Assembly: GCA_048571215.1 (NCBI GenBank)
Contig: CP182352.1
Location: 3,008,001-3,072,000 of the forward strand
Length of the DNA stretch: 64,000 bases
Source of the DNA: Halarcobacter sp.
Lineage (GTDB): Bacteria; Campylobacterota; Campylobacteria; Campylobacterales; Arcobacteraceae
Direction of reading: 5' to 3'
Shown: positions 9,835 to 20,158 of the stretch, in pieces
How positions within the stretch are numbered: position 1 is the first letter of the stretch
Layout: every line of letters begins with the position of its first letter
Program-made: the position numbers and the translations under genes
Notes under the pieces: model-generated
Seen by the model: only the letters and a program-made list of their open reading frames with translations
Databases searched by the model: none
What the model was told of the DNA's origin: nothing

Positions 9835-10130
9835 GTAAGGAAACATATGTAAATCTATTTAAAAAATATAACTTATACAGAAGTGATATTTATATGTTAA
9901 CCAAAATAAATACAGCAGATATATTTTTTCTCTTTGAAGATGTTTGTGAAGAGCTAGTTGAACAAAGAGCGATAAATAGACAGTTACCACCTGAGTTTAT
10001 AAACAATGCAAAACTATTTGTAGGACAAAATACTTTTATAAATGTATATTTTGCAGATATTGATAATAGAGCTTTCTTTTTAAGTGACCTTATTGATTTT
10101 TTAGCCTTGATAAGAAGTAAACAAAAATAG
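9831..10130 (+). CDS. Hypothetical protein
   Basis: 99-aa ORF, ATGA overlap with the upstream gene. Confidence 0.65.
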   Translation: MSKETYVNLFKKYNLYRSDIYMLTKINTADIFFLFEDVCEELVEQRAINRQLPPEFINNAKLFVGQNTFINVYFADIDNRAFFLSDLIDFLALIRSKQK

Positions 10131-10140
10131 TATTTGTTTA

Positions 10141-10156
10141 TGGAACAACATTTGCA
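10141..10156 (+). promoter_or_regulatory. sigma54 promoter of the nifX operon
   Basis: TGGAACAACATTTGCA, GG-N10-GC. Confidence 0.9.
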
Positions 10157-10187
10157 TATATATAAGGAAATTTATGAGGATAATGCC

Positions 10188-10583
10188 ATGAGTAATATAA
10201 AAATAACATCGAATGATTCTACTGAAGGGTCAATCAAAGTAGCATTTGCAACTAAAGAATTAGAGATGATAGATTCTCACTTTGGAAGTGCAAAACAGTT
10301 TGCTGTTTACGACGTAAGCAAAGACTCAATTAGTTTAAGTGAAATCAGAAAAGTGGAAGAAAAAGACACTGATAAAACTGTTGCTTTACTAAGTGGTGTG
10401 GATATAGTTTACTTCACAAACATTGGTGCTATTGCAGCAGCAAAACTTATTAACTCTGGAATATTTACTATCAAATATAAAGAAGAAGTGAGTATCAAAG
10501 AGGAGCTGGATAAATTAAAAGAGATGTTAAATACTAATCCTCCACCTTTTATCAAAAAAATAATTGCAAAAAAGGCTGCATAA
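10188..10583 (+). CDS. nifX: NifX (NifB/NifX family FeMo-co precursor carrier)
   Basis: IKVAFAT..IDSHFGSAKQFAVY, IGAIAAAKL, NPPP; start moved to ATG 10188 (GAGGA RBS, downstream of the promoter). Confidence 0.88.
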   Translation: MSNIKITSNDSTEGSIKVAFATKELEMIDSHFGSAKQFAVYDVSKDSISLSEIRKVEEKDTDKTVALLSGVDIVYFTNIGAIAAAKLINSGIFTIKYKEEVSIKEELDKLKEMLNTNPPPFIKKIIAKKAA

Positions 10584-11020
10584 TGGAACACAATTTTAAA
10601 GAGATTTTTATGACTACACTTGTTGGTCAAGTAAGAGCACTAGACCAATTTGGTACTTGGGCAAATAAATCTGATGAAGATATTTTAAGTGAAAAATATG
10701 TTAAATCAAAAGAACAATTAAAAGAGATACCAATTATTGCAGATATTGATGAGATGCAAACACAAGATATTAGACTTATTTACCAAGCAGTAGCTTTAGC
10801 TTTTGAGAAGATTACAGGGATAATGTGCTCAGTAGTTATGGAGATGAGCCATGAAGGTTTTGGTAGAGTGGTTGTATATACTGATAAAATTGTATTATGC
10901 ACAAAATCGTTTAAAGATGCCCATAGATTTTCATTTAGAAGTTTTGAAAAACTAGAGGAAGAGGGAGAGAAGAACCTCGCAAAAGCGATAGAGATTTATA
11001 ACAAATATAAAAACGTATAA
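10583..11020 (+). CDS. NifX-associated nitrogen fixation protein (DUF269-like)
   Basis: QVRALDQFGTW, IPIIAD, MSHEGFGR, DAHRFSF. Confidence 0.88.
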   Translation: MEHNFKEIFMTTLVGQVRALDQFGTWANKSDEDILSEKYVKSKEQLKEIPIIADIDEMQTQDIRLIYQAVALAFEKITGIMCSVVMEMSHEGFGRVVVYTDKIVLCTKSFKDAHRFSFRSFEKLEEEGEKNLAKAIEIYNKYKNV

Positions 11021-11034
11021 GGAGAAAATAAAAA

Positions 11035-11556
11035 ATGGCAAGTGTAGGAATTTTTTGTGGAACAGCTGGTGGTACTTCTATGGTAGTTGCAGAAGCATTA
11101 GCAGAGGCATTTGAGGTAGAAGAGGATGCTTTAATAAATATGGAAGAAGATTTTGATGATATTGAACAATTTGAAGATTTTGATGTTCTATTCATCGGAA
11201 GTTCAACTTGGGGACAAGGAGATGTTCACTTTTCTTGGGTAGATGCTTTATTAGAAATGGAAGATGAAGAAGTTGATTTATCTGGAAAAACTGTTGCATT
11301 TTTTGGAGCAGGAGATTGTAAAAAACATGGAGAGCATTTTTGTTCAGCTTTAGGAAAACTTCATAAAACATTTACAGATCTTGGTGCAAAAGCTGTAGGT
11401 TTCGTAGATGCAAGTGGTTATAACTATGAATATTCATTAGCTGAAATGGATGGTAAACTTTGTGGTTTAGCAATAGACCAACACAATGAAGAAGAAAAAA
11501 CAGAAGAGAGAGTAGAAAATTGGGTCAACCAATTAAAAAAGGAAATCTCTTTATAA
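11035..11556 (+). CDS. Long-chain flavodoxin (NifF-like electron donor)
   Basis: GTAGGTS FMN loop, GSSTWGQG, FGAGD, GLAIDQ; very acidic. Confidence 0.9.
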   Translation: MASVGIFCGTAGGTSMVVAEALAEAFEVEEDALINMEEDFDDIEQFEDFDVLFIGSSTWGQGDVHFSWVDALLEMEDEEVDLSGKTVAFFGAGDCKKHGEHFCSALGKLHKTFTDLGAKAVGFVDASGYNYEYSLAEMDGKLCGLAIDQHNEEEKTEERVENWVNQLKKEISL

Positions 11557-11569
11557 TAAAGGATTTATA

Positions 11570-11908
11570 ATGAAATCTTTAAATGATTTTGAAGAGTGCA
11601 GAGATGCAGAAGATTTTTTCAAATTTTTTGATATTAAATTTGATCAAAGCTTAGTAAATGTAAAAAGATTCCATATGATGAAAGAGTATGGAAATCTTAT
11701 TAAAAGAGGTATGAATAATATTGAAGGTGAAGATAAAAAACTTGAGTTTTTAAAATTTTCTCTTCTTAGAGTTTATGGAGACTATGTAAATGGTCATGCA
11801 CCAAGTGCAGCAGATGTTTGGAACATGTACGAAACTGGTAAACTTGAAGGTTGTTCTTCATGTGCTCCAGCTACAGGAAGTTCTCAAGGGGGAAGCTGTG
11901 GGTGTTAA
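11570..11908 (+). CDS. nifW: Nitrogenase-stabilizing protein NifW
   Basis: AEDFFKFFDIKFD..LVNVKRFHMMK, L...Y.DY. Confidence 0.85.
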   Translation: MKSLNDFEECRDAEDFFKFFDIKFDQSLVNVKRFHMMKEYGNLIKRGMNNIEGEDKKLEFLKFSLLRVYGDYVNGHAPSAADVWNMYETGKLEGCSSCAPATGSSQGGSCGC

Positions 11909-12302
11909 TCATAAAGATATCGTTGATTCAGAAACTTTTTTACATGATAATGTAACGGCTGGTAGATCTGGAAAAGATGAAGATGAAGCAAAATTTGGTA
12001 TAGGACAAAAAGTAAAACTTATCAAAGATGTTGTAAATGATGGAACATATCCACATGCAGCTATTGGTACCCTTATGATGCCTGCTGGCTCTATTGGGTA
12101 TATCAAATCTGTTGGTGAGTTTTTACAAGTAATCAGAGTATATGAAGTTCATTTTTTTGGTGTAGTAGATACACCTGTAGAAATAGTTGGCTGTAGAGAA
12201 CATGAACTAGAAGCTATGGAAGATTACAGAGATGAAGTTGAAGAAGAACTTGAATTTATGAGAAAACATAGAGAAAAGTACTACAACAAAGAAAATAAGT
12301 AG
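11898..12302 (+). CDS. nifZ: NifZ
   Basis: F.IGQKVK..NDGTYP..G..GYIKSVGEFLQ..YEVHF..VGCREHEL; probable GTG start at 11898. Confidence 0.9.
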   Translation: MGVNHKDIVDSETFLHDNVTAGRSGKDEDEAKFGIGQKVKLIKDVVNDGTYPHAAIGTLMMPAGSIGYIKSVGEFLQVIRVYEVHFFGVVDTPVEIVGCREHELEAMEDYRDEVEEELEFMRKHREKYYNKENK

Positions 12303-12375
12303 GATTGAATAAAACCAAGTCAAATGAAAGAATTCAGAAGAATTCTTTCGTATGGCTTGGTTTTGTTACCAATCT
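12302..12375 (+). other. Long imperfect intergenic stem-loop
   Basis: Arms ...AATAAAACCAAGTCAAATGAAAGAATTC / GAATTCTTTCGTATGGCTTGGTTTTGTT..., loop AGAA, three U-G pairs. Confidence 0.8.
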
Positions 12376-12393
12376 AAAAAAAAGGAGAAGAAT

Positions 12394-12738
12394 ATGGCAA
12401 GAGTTATTTTCATGCATTTTGATACTGCAACTGACGGTGTTTATGATGCAAAAATCGGTGAACCTATTGTTAGGTTAGCAAAAGAGAAAGGTGTTCCAGT
12501 ACCTTCAGATACTACAGATTATTCTAAAAGTTTAATTTATGTTGAGAATCTTTCAGATGAAGAACCTACAAGTTATATGGAAGATGAAGAATTAGATGTA
12601 TTAGTTGAACTTGGAGCTATTTCAAAAGAAGAGGCAGACCAATGTCAACAATTTACAATCAGCCCAAAAGTTAGAATTGCACCAATGATGTTAATCAAAG
12701 GTGATATCTTAGTTAAACCATATAAATTAAAAAAATAA
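12394..12738 (+). CDS. FeSII (Shethna II)-like ferredoxin-fold protein without cluster cysteines
   Basis: AAGGAG RBS; LAKEKGVPVP, E.DVL.ELG.I.KEE, PKVRIA, DILV align by eye to FeSII; ligand Cys absent. Confidence 0.7.
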   Translation: MARVIFMHFDTATDGVYDAKIGEPIVRLAKEKGVPVPSDTTDYSKSLIYVENLSDEEPTSYMEDEELDVLVELGAISKEEADQCQQFTISPKVRIAPMMLIKGDILVKPYKLKK

Positions 12739-12747
12739 GGAAAAAAA

Positions 12748-13044
12748 ATGACAACTAGAGTAGAAATAATTAACGATTTTTTAGCAATTAATGTTAAACC
12801 AGGAAGTACAATTCAAGATGTAGTTGAAGCTTCAGGTTCAGCTTTACCATTTGGATGTAGAGATGGTGAATGTGGTACTTGTGTAGTTGAAGTTGAACAA
12901 GGTATGGAATTTTTATCTGAAATCAATGAAAAAGAAGTAAAAGTAATCAAAGAAGCATGCGCTGGAACTTGTACTGATAACACAAGACTTTCATGTCAAA
13001 TGAAAATCGTTAAACCAAACGGTGTAGTTAGAATTAAGTACTAA
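12748..13044 (+). CDS. [2Fe-2S] ferredoxin
   Basis: PFGCRDGECGTC and RLSCQ. Confidence 0.93.
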   Translation: MTTRVEIINDFLAINVKPGSTIQDVVEASGSALPFGCRDGECGTCVVEVEQGMEFLSEINEKEVKVIKEACAGTCTDNTRLSCQMKIVKPNGVVRIKY

Positions 13045-13097
13045 AAAGTATACAGTTTTCACCCAAAATATACAATTATTTTGGGTAGAATACTGTT

Positions 13098-14348
13098 ATG
13101 GCACCAACATTAACAACATCAGTTGCTCAAAAGCAAAATTTAAATTTATCACTAAAATTGTGGCTTCCAATGCTACAATCATCTTTACAAGACCTAGAGA
13201 AACATCTAAAAAATGTATCCTATGAGAATCCATTTTTAGAAATAAAAAAACCAAAAGAATTTTATAATAATTTTATGCCACAAGGAACAAGTGGAGAGTT
13301 CATTGAATCTATGGCTTTATATGCTGAATCATTAAATGATGTGATAACTGATCAAATCTGTGCACCAAACTTTCCAACACCAAATTCACAAAAAGTTGCA
13401 TTTGAAATATTATGCGATTTAAATGAAGAGGGATATTTTGAAGGGGATATAGAAGAAATAGCCTATAATTGTGGAGTTTATAAAGAGTATGTGGAATCGA
13501 TTAGACAAAGATTTTCAAGACTTGAACCAAGTGGAGTAGGGGCTATAAATTTAGCTGAATCATTTTTATTTCAACTTGATGCTTGTGATAAACAAATAGA
13601 TGACGAACTATATAATTTTATTAAAAAAATCATAAAAGATATAGCTCATTTAGATAAATATGCAGCACATCATAGATTTGATGATGCAAAAGATGTAATA
13701 AAATACTTTAATAATCCCCCCGCAATAGATTATTTAAACACTAATATACAAGTAATCCCTGACTTCTTTGTGGAGATTGGTGAAGATATAAATATAAAAA
13801 TCAATAATGCCTATTATCCAGATATAGAGGTAAAAGATCCATTTAATTCTAAAAATGAATCAATAAAAGAGAAACTAAAAGAAGCAAGGGATTTAGTAAA
13901 CCTCTTAAATCTTAGAAAATCAACCCTATATAAGATAGTACTTTTAATTGTTGAAAAACAAATTGGATACTTTGTGGGTGGAGAGTTAAGACCTTATTCT
14001 ATGCAAGAGTTAGCAGCAGAATTAGGTTTTGCAGAATCAACAATAAGTAGGGCAGTTGCAAATAAATATATTGAATGTAGTAACCTAGGTGTTCTTCCAT
14101 TAAAACACTTCTTTACAAATGCAGTCAATAACAAAGACTTATCATCTTCACAAATAAAAAGTTATATTAAAAGTTTAGTAGATTATGAAAATAGGGAAGA
14201 GCCCTTAACAGACCAACATATATTAGATTCAATTCAAGATAAATTTGACTTAAAGATGGTTAGACGAACAATTACAAAATATAGAAAAATGCTAAATATC
14301 CCATCTTCAAAAGAGAGAAAAAAACTCTACAAAGTAGAAAATTTATAA
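13098..14348 (+). CDS. rpoN: RNA polymerase sigma-54 factor
   Basis: Q/L-rich region I, ENPFLE, ESTISRAVANKY, RpoN box VRRTITKYR. Confidence 0.95.
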   Translation: MAPTLTTSVAQKQNLNLSLKLWLPMLQSSLQDLEKHLKNVSYENPFLEIKKPKEFYNNFMPQGTSGEFIESMALYAESLNDVITDQICAPNFPTPNSQKVAFEILCDLNEEGYFEGDIEEIAYNCGVYKEYVESIRQRFSRLEPSGVGAINLAESFLFQLDACDKQIDDELYNFIKKIIKDIAHLDKYAAHHRFDDAKDVIKYFNNPPAIDYLNTNIQVIPDFFVEIGEDINIKINNAYYPDIEVKDPFNSKNESIKEKLKEARDLVNLLNLRKSTLYKIVLLIVEKQIGYFVGGELRPYSMQELAAELGFAESTISRAVANKYIECSNLGVLPLKHFFTNAVNNKDLSSSQIKSYIKSLVDYENREEPLTDQHILDSIQDKFDLKMVRRTITKYRKMLNIPSSKERKKLYKVENL

Positions 14349-14377
14349 AATAGATTCTCCCTAGAGGGAAAGAAAAA

Positions 14378-15037
14378 TTATATTTCCCCTAGAGTTCCAC
14401 CTATTCTTGCAAAAAGAATTAAATATGCCATATCAACTGATCTATCAGCAATTTTTTCATTTTTTCTTAATACATTTAAAATCTTAGTAAATTTACCAAA
14501 ATCTTCAATTTTTTTATCTAAAGAGAAAATATGACTTTGGAAAATATTATATTGTTCATCAGTTCTTTTTTCTGCTTCAATAACTTTATCAAAATTTGTT
14601 TTTACCTCATCCTCTTCACACTCAATCATGGCAATAACACCTTCTAAACACTCTATTGTAGATTTATGTAAAGGCATTGCATATTTTTCCAAATCATCTT
14701 TGCTTATACAGTTGCAATAAACTTCAAAAGTTTTTATATAACTTCTTGTATTTGCAGCTGCTCTTTGAAGTTCATTTGAAACTTTAAAAAAAGATACAAC
14801 ATGTCTTAAGTCTGTAGCTTCGGGGGTAAAAAGTGCTAAGGTTTTTATAACAACATTATCCATAACAACTACTTTTTGAGAGATGTTATTTAGCTTCTCT
14901 TCTGCATTAGATAACATAGAAACATCACATTCTTTTAAGGCTTCTAAAATAATCTTATTAGAAGAGAGGATATTTTTAGCTATCTGTAGTACCACACTAT
15001 TTATTATCTCTAAGTGTTCTTCATATTTTTTTAACAT
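14378..15037 (-). CDS. phoU: Phosphate signalling protein PhoU
   Basis: LALFTPEATDLR, EKIADR; last gene of the pst operon. Confidence 0.85.
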   Translation of the reverse strand: MLKKYEEHLEIINSVVLQIAKNILSSNKIILEALKECDVSMLSNAEEKLNNISQKVVVMDNVVIKTLALFTPEATDLRHVVSFFKVSNELQRAAANTRSYIKTFEVYCNCISKDDLEKYAMPLHKSTIECLEGVIAMIECEEDEVKTNFDKVIEAEKRTDEQYNIFQSHIFSLDKKIEDFGKFTKILNVLRKNEKIADRSVDMAYLILFARIGGTLGEI

Positions 15038-15819
15038 TAACCAAATCTCCCTGTAATGTAATCTTCTGTTTGTTTCATTTGAGGATTAATAAAAATCTCA
15101 TCAGTTCTGTTATACTCAATAAGCTCTCCAAGATACATAAATGCTGTAAAATCACTTATTCTAGATGCTTGTTGCATATTGTGAGTAACAATTGCGATAC
15201 TAACTTCTTTTCTTAGCTCAACAATCAACTCTTCAATAGCAGCAGTTGATATTGGGTCAAGGGCAGATGTTGGTTCATCAAACAATAACAAATCAGGTTT
15301 AACAGCAACAGCCCTTGCAATACACAGTCTTTGTTGTTGTCCACCACTTAGTCCCATTGCATTATTGTTTAATCTATCTGAGACTTCGTTCCATAAAGCA
15401 CTACCTTTTAAGGCTTCTTCAACTTTATCCTTCAACTCTGTTTTATTCTTTACACCCGCTATTTTCAGACCATATGCTACATTATCAAAAATACTCATAG
15501 GGAAAGGAGTTGGTTTTTGAAATATCATCCCAACTCTTTGTCTAAGTTTAATAAAATGATTCTCTTTTTTTACATCTAAAATATTTTCCATTTTTTTTGT
15601 TTTAGAATTTAAAAGCATCAATTTACCCTCATATTTATTATTTGGATATAGATCATGAATTCTATTTAATGACCTAAGTAGGGTTGACTTACCACATCCA
15701 CTAGGACCAATAAGTGCTGTTATTTTCCCCTTTTTAATTGGTAAATTAATATCCTTTAAAGATTTTTCAGCTGAACCAGCATAGGTAAAACTGAAATTTT
15801 CTACATTCATAATTGACAT
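15037..15819 (-). CDS. pstB: Phosphate ABC transporter ATPase
   Basis: [40 protein letters not shown]. Confidence 0.95.
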   Translation of the reverse strand: MSIMNVENFSFTYAGSAEKSLKDINLPIKKGKITALIGPSGCGKSTLLRSLNRIHDLYPNNKYEGKLMLLNSKTKKMENILDVKKENHFIKLRQRVGMIFQKPTPFPMSIFDNVAYGLKIAGVKNKTELKDKVEEALKGSALWNEVSDRLNNNAMGLSGGQQQRLCIARAVAVKPDLLLFDEPTSALDPISTAAIEELIVELRKEVSIAIVTHNMQQASRISDFTAFMYLGELIEYNRTDEIFINPQMKQTEDYITGRFG

Positions 15820-15824
15820 AAATA

Positions 15825-16631
15825 TTATCCTTTATTTCTTGTTATATATCTTCCCATAAGATTAATTAGTAAAACTAAAACTGTTAAAATAAATGAAGCT
15901 GCCCATGCTAAATCCCTACTTGCTTGCACTGGGTCATTTGCTAAGTCATATATACTTACAGTTAAAGAGGGGAAAGATTCTGTTAAATCTAAAGTGAAAT
16001 AGTTACTTGTTCCACTTGTAAAAAGTAAGGGTGCAGTTTCTCCGATGATTCTTGCAAAGGAGAGTAATAATCCTGTCATAATACCAACTTTTGCAGCTTT
16101 AATGATAATATCTAAAATAACTCTATATTTACTTGCACCAATTGCTATTCCAGCTTCTCTAAGTTCAGTTGGAACAAGACTTAGCATATTATCAGTAGTA
16201 TTAATTACAATTGGTATCATCATTATTGCTAAAGCTATACTTCCAGCAAATCCACTTGAACCACCACTTGGAATAACAATAACAGCATAAACAAATGCAC
16301 CAATTACAATTGATGGAGCACTAACCATAATGTCATTTAAGTCTCTAACTAAAACTGTAAACCTACTGTTATATCCATACTCTTGAAGAAAAATACCTGC
16401 TAAAACTCCTATTGGAATACCAATCAATGAAGCTAATCCAGCCATAATAAATTGACCAATAATCAAGTTTCTTAATCCATTTGAGATTAAATCATCAATA
16501 AATAAACCAAAATGAAAAGATGTAATACCTTTTAAAAATAAGGTTATTAATATCCATGCTAAAAAAGCAAGCCCAATAAGAGCTGACAATATTGCTAAAG
16601 ATAATACAAATTTATTTATCAATAGTCTCAT
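15825..16631 (-). CDS. pstA: Phosphate ABC transporter permease
   Basis: [20 protein letters not shown]. Confidence 0.93.
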   Translation of the reverse strand: MRLLINKFVLSLAILSALIGLAFLAWILITLFLKGITSFHFGLFIDDLISNGLRNLIIGQFIMAGLASLIGIPIGVLAGIFLQEYGYNSRFTVLVRDLNDIMVSAPSIVIGAFVYAVIVIPSGGSSGFAGSIALAIMMIPIVINTTDNMLSLVPTELREAGIAIGASKYRVILDIIIKAAKVGIMTGLLLSFARIIGETAPLLFTSGTSNYFTLDLTESFPSLTVSIYDLANDPVQASRDLAWAASFILTVLVLLINLMGRYITRNKG

Positions 16632-17545
16632 TTTTTAACCCTTTTTAGAAAATAAAATTTGGCAATAGAGATAACAATAAAACTAATAATAAATAGTAAA
16701 AATGCCAAATAAAATAAAGATGAAGCTCCAAGTCCCGAGGCTTCTCCAAAATTGTTAGCAAGTGCGACAGGTATAGAGATGGTAGGTGAGTTAATAGCTT
16801 TTGGAAGTTCAAATACAGAACCAATCAAAAAGGCTACTGCCATAGTTTCTCCTAAAGCTCTTCCTAATGCCAAAATAATTGAACCTATAATACCAACCTT
16901 TGAATAAGGGAATATTACATCTTTTATAACTTCAAACTTTGTTGCACCTAAAGCATAAGCAGATTCTTTTAATATATCAGGAGTAGTATTCATACTATCT
17001 CTGGTAATTGCAGCCATAAAAGGTAAAATCATAACTCCAAGAACCAATCCCGCTGTTAATAAGGAGACTTGATATCCACCCACAATATCTTGTATTATAG
17101 GAGCAAAGTAAAATAATCCCCACATACCAAATATAATACTTGGGATTGCTGCTAACAATTCTATTGCAATTCCTACAATATTTGAGATGTTTTTGGGAGC
17201 AATTTCTGCTAAGAATACAGCAATACCCATAGAGATAGGTAAAGCAAATATGATTGCAATTAATGTTGACAATAAGGTACCAATTATAGGGATTAAACCA
17301 CCATAAATTGTTTTTGTAGGTTCTTGATCTGGGAAAAGACTATATTCACTTACACTTCCACGCGTAGCCATTTCCTCTTTTGTCAAAGGAACCTCTTGTT
17401 GCCATGAGGGGTCTGTAATAAAACCTAAACCAAATTCATTGATTGCATCTTTTGAAGATATAAAAAGAGTAATAAATATACCAATTAGTATTATTAGTAC
17501 AATTGAGGCGCTTAATAAAGAGATGTTTTTAAAAAATTTTTCCAT
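16628..17545 (-). CDS. pstC: Phosphate ABC transporter permease
   Basis: ELLAAIPSIIFGMWG, GRALGETMAV. Confidence 0.93.
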   Translation of the reverse strand: MEKFFKNISLLSASIVLIILIGIFITLFISSKDAINEFGLGFITDPSWQQEVPLTKEEMATRGSVSEYSLFPDQEPTKTIYGGLIPIIGTLLSTLIAIIFALPISMGIAVFLAEIAPKNISNIVGIAIELLAAIPSIIFGMWGLFYFAPIIQDIVGGYQVSLLTAGLVLGVMILPFMAAITRDSMNTTPDILKESAYALGATKFEVIKDVIFPYSKVGIIGSIILALGRALGETMAVAFLIGSVFELPKAINSPTISIPVALANNFGEASGLGASSLFYLAFLLFIISFIVISIAKFYFLKRVKK

Positions 17546-17567
17546 ATTATACCCATAATTTAAGATT

Positions 17568-17590
17568 ACATAAGCCCAAAAGGCTTATGT
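17568..17590 (-). other. Stem-loop between pstS and pstC (stabiliser or partial terminator)
   Basis: ACATAAGCC-CAAAA-GGCTTATGT perfect 9-bp inverted repeat. Confidence 0.6.
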
Positions 17591-17597
17591 CTTAAAA

Positions 17598-18596
17598 TTA
17601 CATTACGCCTTTTTCAGACCAGTAATTTCTAATTTTTTTAGTTAAAGAATCTGGAAGAGGAACATATCCTAATTCACTAGCTAAGTTTGCACTATTTTTA
17701 AATGAATAATCATAAAAAGCAGTAACTTTTTTATCAACTGCAACTTTCTCTTTTGGTAAAAGGATAAATGTAGCAGCTACAATTGGATATGCATCTTTAC
17801 CTGCAGGATCACCAATTACAGCAAAAAAATCTTTTTTAGGATCTAAATCTGCTTTAGCAGCAGCTGCTTGAAATGCTTTTAATTCAGGTTTAATATATGT
17901 ACCCTCTTTGTTTTCAACAACAGCCATATCTAAACTATTATTTTTTGCATCTGCATAATCAATATATCCAATAGAGTATGGAGTTTGTTTAACTAAAGCA
18001 GCTACACCTGTATTTGTTTTACCACCAATATGATGATCTCCAGGCCAATTTAAAGATTTTTTAGTTCCAAAATCTTTTCTCCACTCTTTAGAGATTTTGC
18101 TTAGATAATAAGTAAAGTTAAAAGTTGTTCCTGAACCATCTGCTCTGTGAACAAAAGTTAATTTTTTATGAGGTAATTTAACATTTGGATTTGAAGAAGT
18201 GATTAATTTATTATCCCAATATTTAACTTTACCTAATGCAATTTGTGCTAATGCATCTCTACTTAAATTTAAAGTACTAACATTTGGTACATTATAACTA
18301 ATAGCAATTGCTCCTACTACAGCTGGAAATTGATAAAGTTTAGCTTCTTTTAATTGATCAGGGTTTAAAGGAGCATCAGTTCCAGCAAAATCAACTGATC
18401 TTGCTTTCATATCTGCAATACCATGAGAACTACCTTTTTTAATATAATCAACTTCAACTTGTGTAGCCGTATGGTATGCCTTAATCCAAGATTGGTACAC
18501 ACTATATGGGAAAGAAGCCCCACTACCTTTGATATCTGCTGCAGAAGCAATTGAAGATGCCAATGCCAATGCCAGTAAAAGATTTATTTTTTTCAT
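17598..18596 (-). CDS. pstS: Phosphate-binding periplasmic protein
   Basis: Signal peptide, GSGASFP, VHRADGSGTT, YPIV. Confidence 0.95.
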   Translation of the reverse strand: MKKINLLLALALASSIASAADIKGSGASFPYSVYQSWIKAYHTATQVEVDYIKKGSSHGIADMKARSVDFAGTDAPLNPDQLKEAKLYQFPAVVGAIAISYNVPNVSTLNLSRDALAQIALGKVKYWDNKLITSSNPNVKLPHKKLTFVHRADGSGTTFNFTYYLSKISKEWRKDFGTKKSLNWPGDHHIGGKTNTGVAALVKQTPYSIGYIDYADAKNNSLDMAVVENKEGTYIKPELKAFQAAAAKADLDPKKDFFAVIGDPAGKDAYPIVAATFILLPKEKVAVDKKVTAFYDYSFKNSANLASELGYVPLPDSLTKKIRNYWSEKGVM

Positions 18597-18645
18597 TTCT
18601 ACGATCCTTTTTTTTTAATTTGTGAATAAAAGATTAGTAGCAAAT

Positions 18646-18674
18646 GGTTATAAAATGGTTACAATTGATTTACA
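18646..18674 (-). promoter_or_regulatory. Pho-box-like 11-bp-spaced direct repeats upstream of pstS
   Basis: Minus strand TGTAAAT-N4-TGTAACC-N4-TATAACC just upstream of a TAATCT -10 candidate. Confidence 0.6.
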
Positions 18675-18938
18675 AATATCAAAATAATTTTTATTTACTC
18701 TAAGTAAACTGCTACGATATAGTAGTTCTGAAAAAGATATAAAAATTTTATCAAAATTTTAAATTATTTATTTATTAATCAATTTTATATATTCATATAG
18801 TTCCTTTCATCTATATATAATGTAAACAATAAATTAACTTCATATAAAAAAACATCTATATTAATAAAAAGCTACAACATATATATAGTAAAAATAAAAA
18901 CTAAAATATATAGTTTAAATTAATAAAGCACAAAATAG

Positions 18939-20105
<1,167 letters not shown>

Positions 20106-20158
20106 GCCTAAATAAAAAATAAAATAAAACATAAAATAAAAATAAAGAAGGAGATAAT

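Noticed and set aside
9831..10130. Possible CowN
   Set aside because: Similar size, but I could not see the CowN motifs I recall
10134..10187. N-terminal extension of NifX
   Set aside because: Overlaps the sigma54 promoter; the RBS precedes ATG 10188
11790..11897. N-terminal extension of NifZ
   Set aside because: Lies inside nifW in another frame; GTG 11898 has an RBS
20110..20146. A-rich TAAAA repeats between nifH and orf119
   Set aside because: Low-complexity leader; at most a translational enhancer
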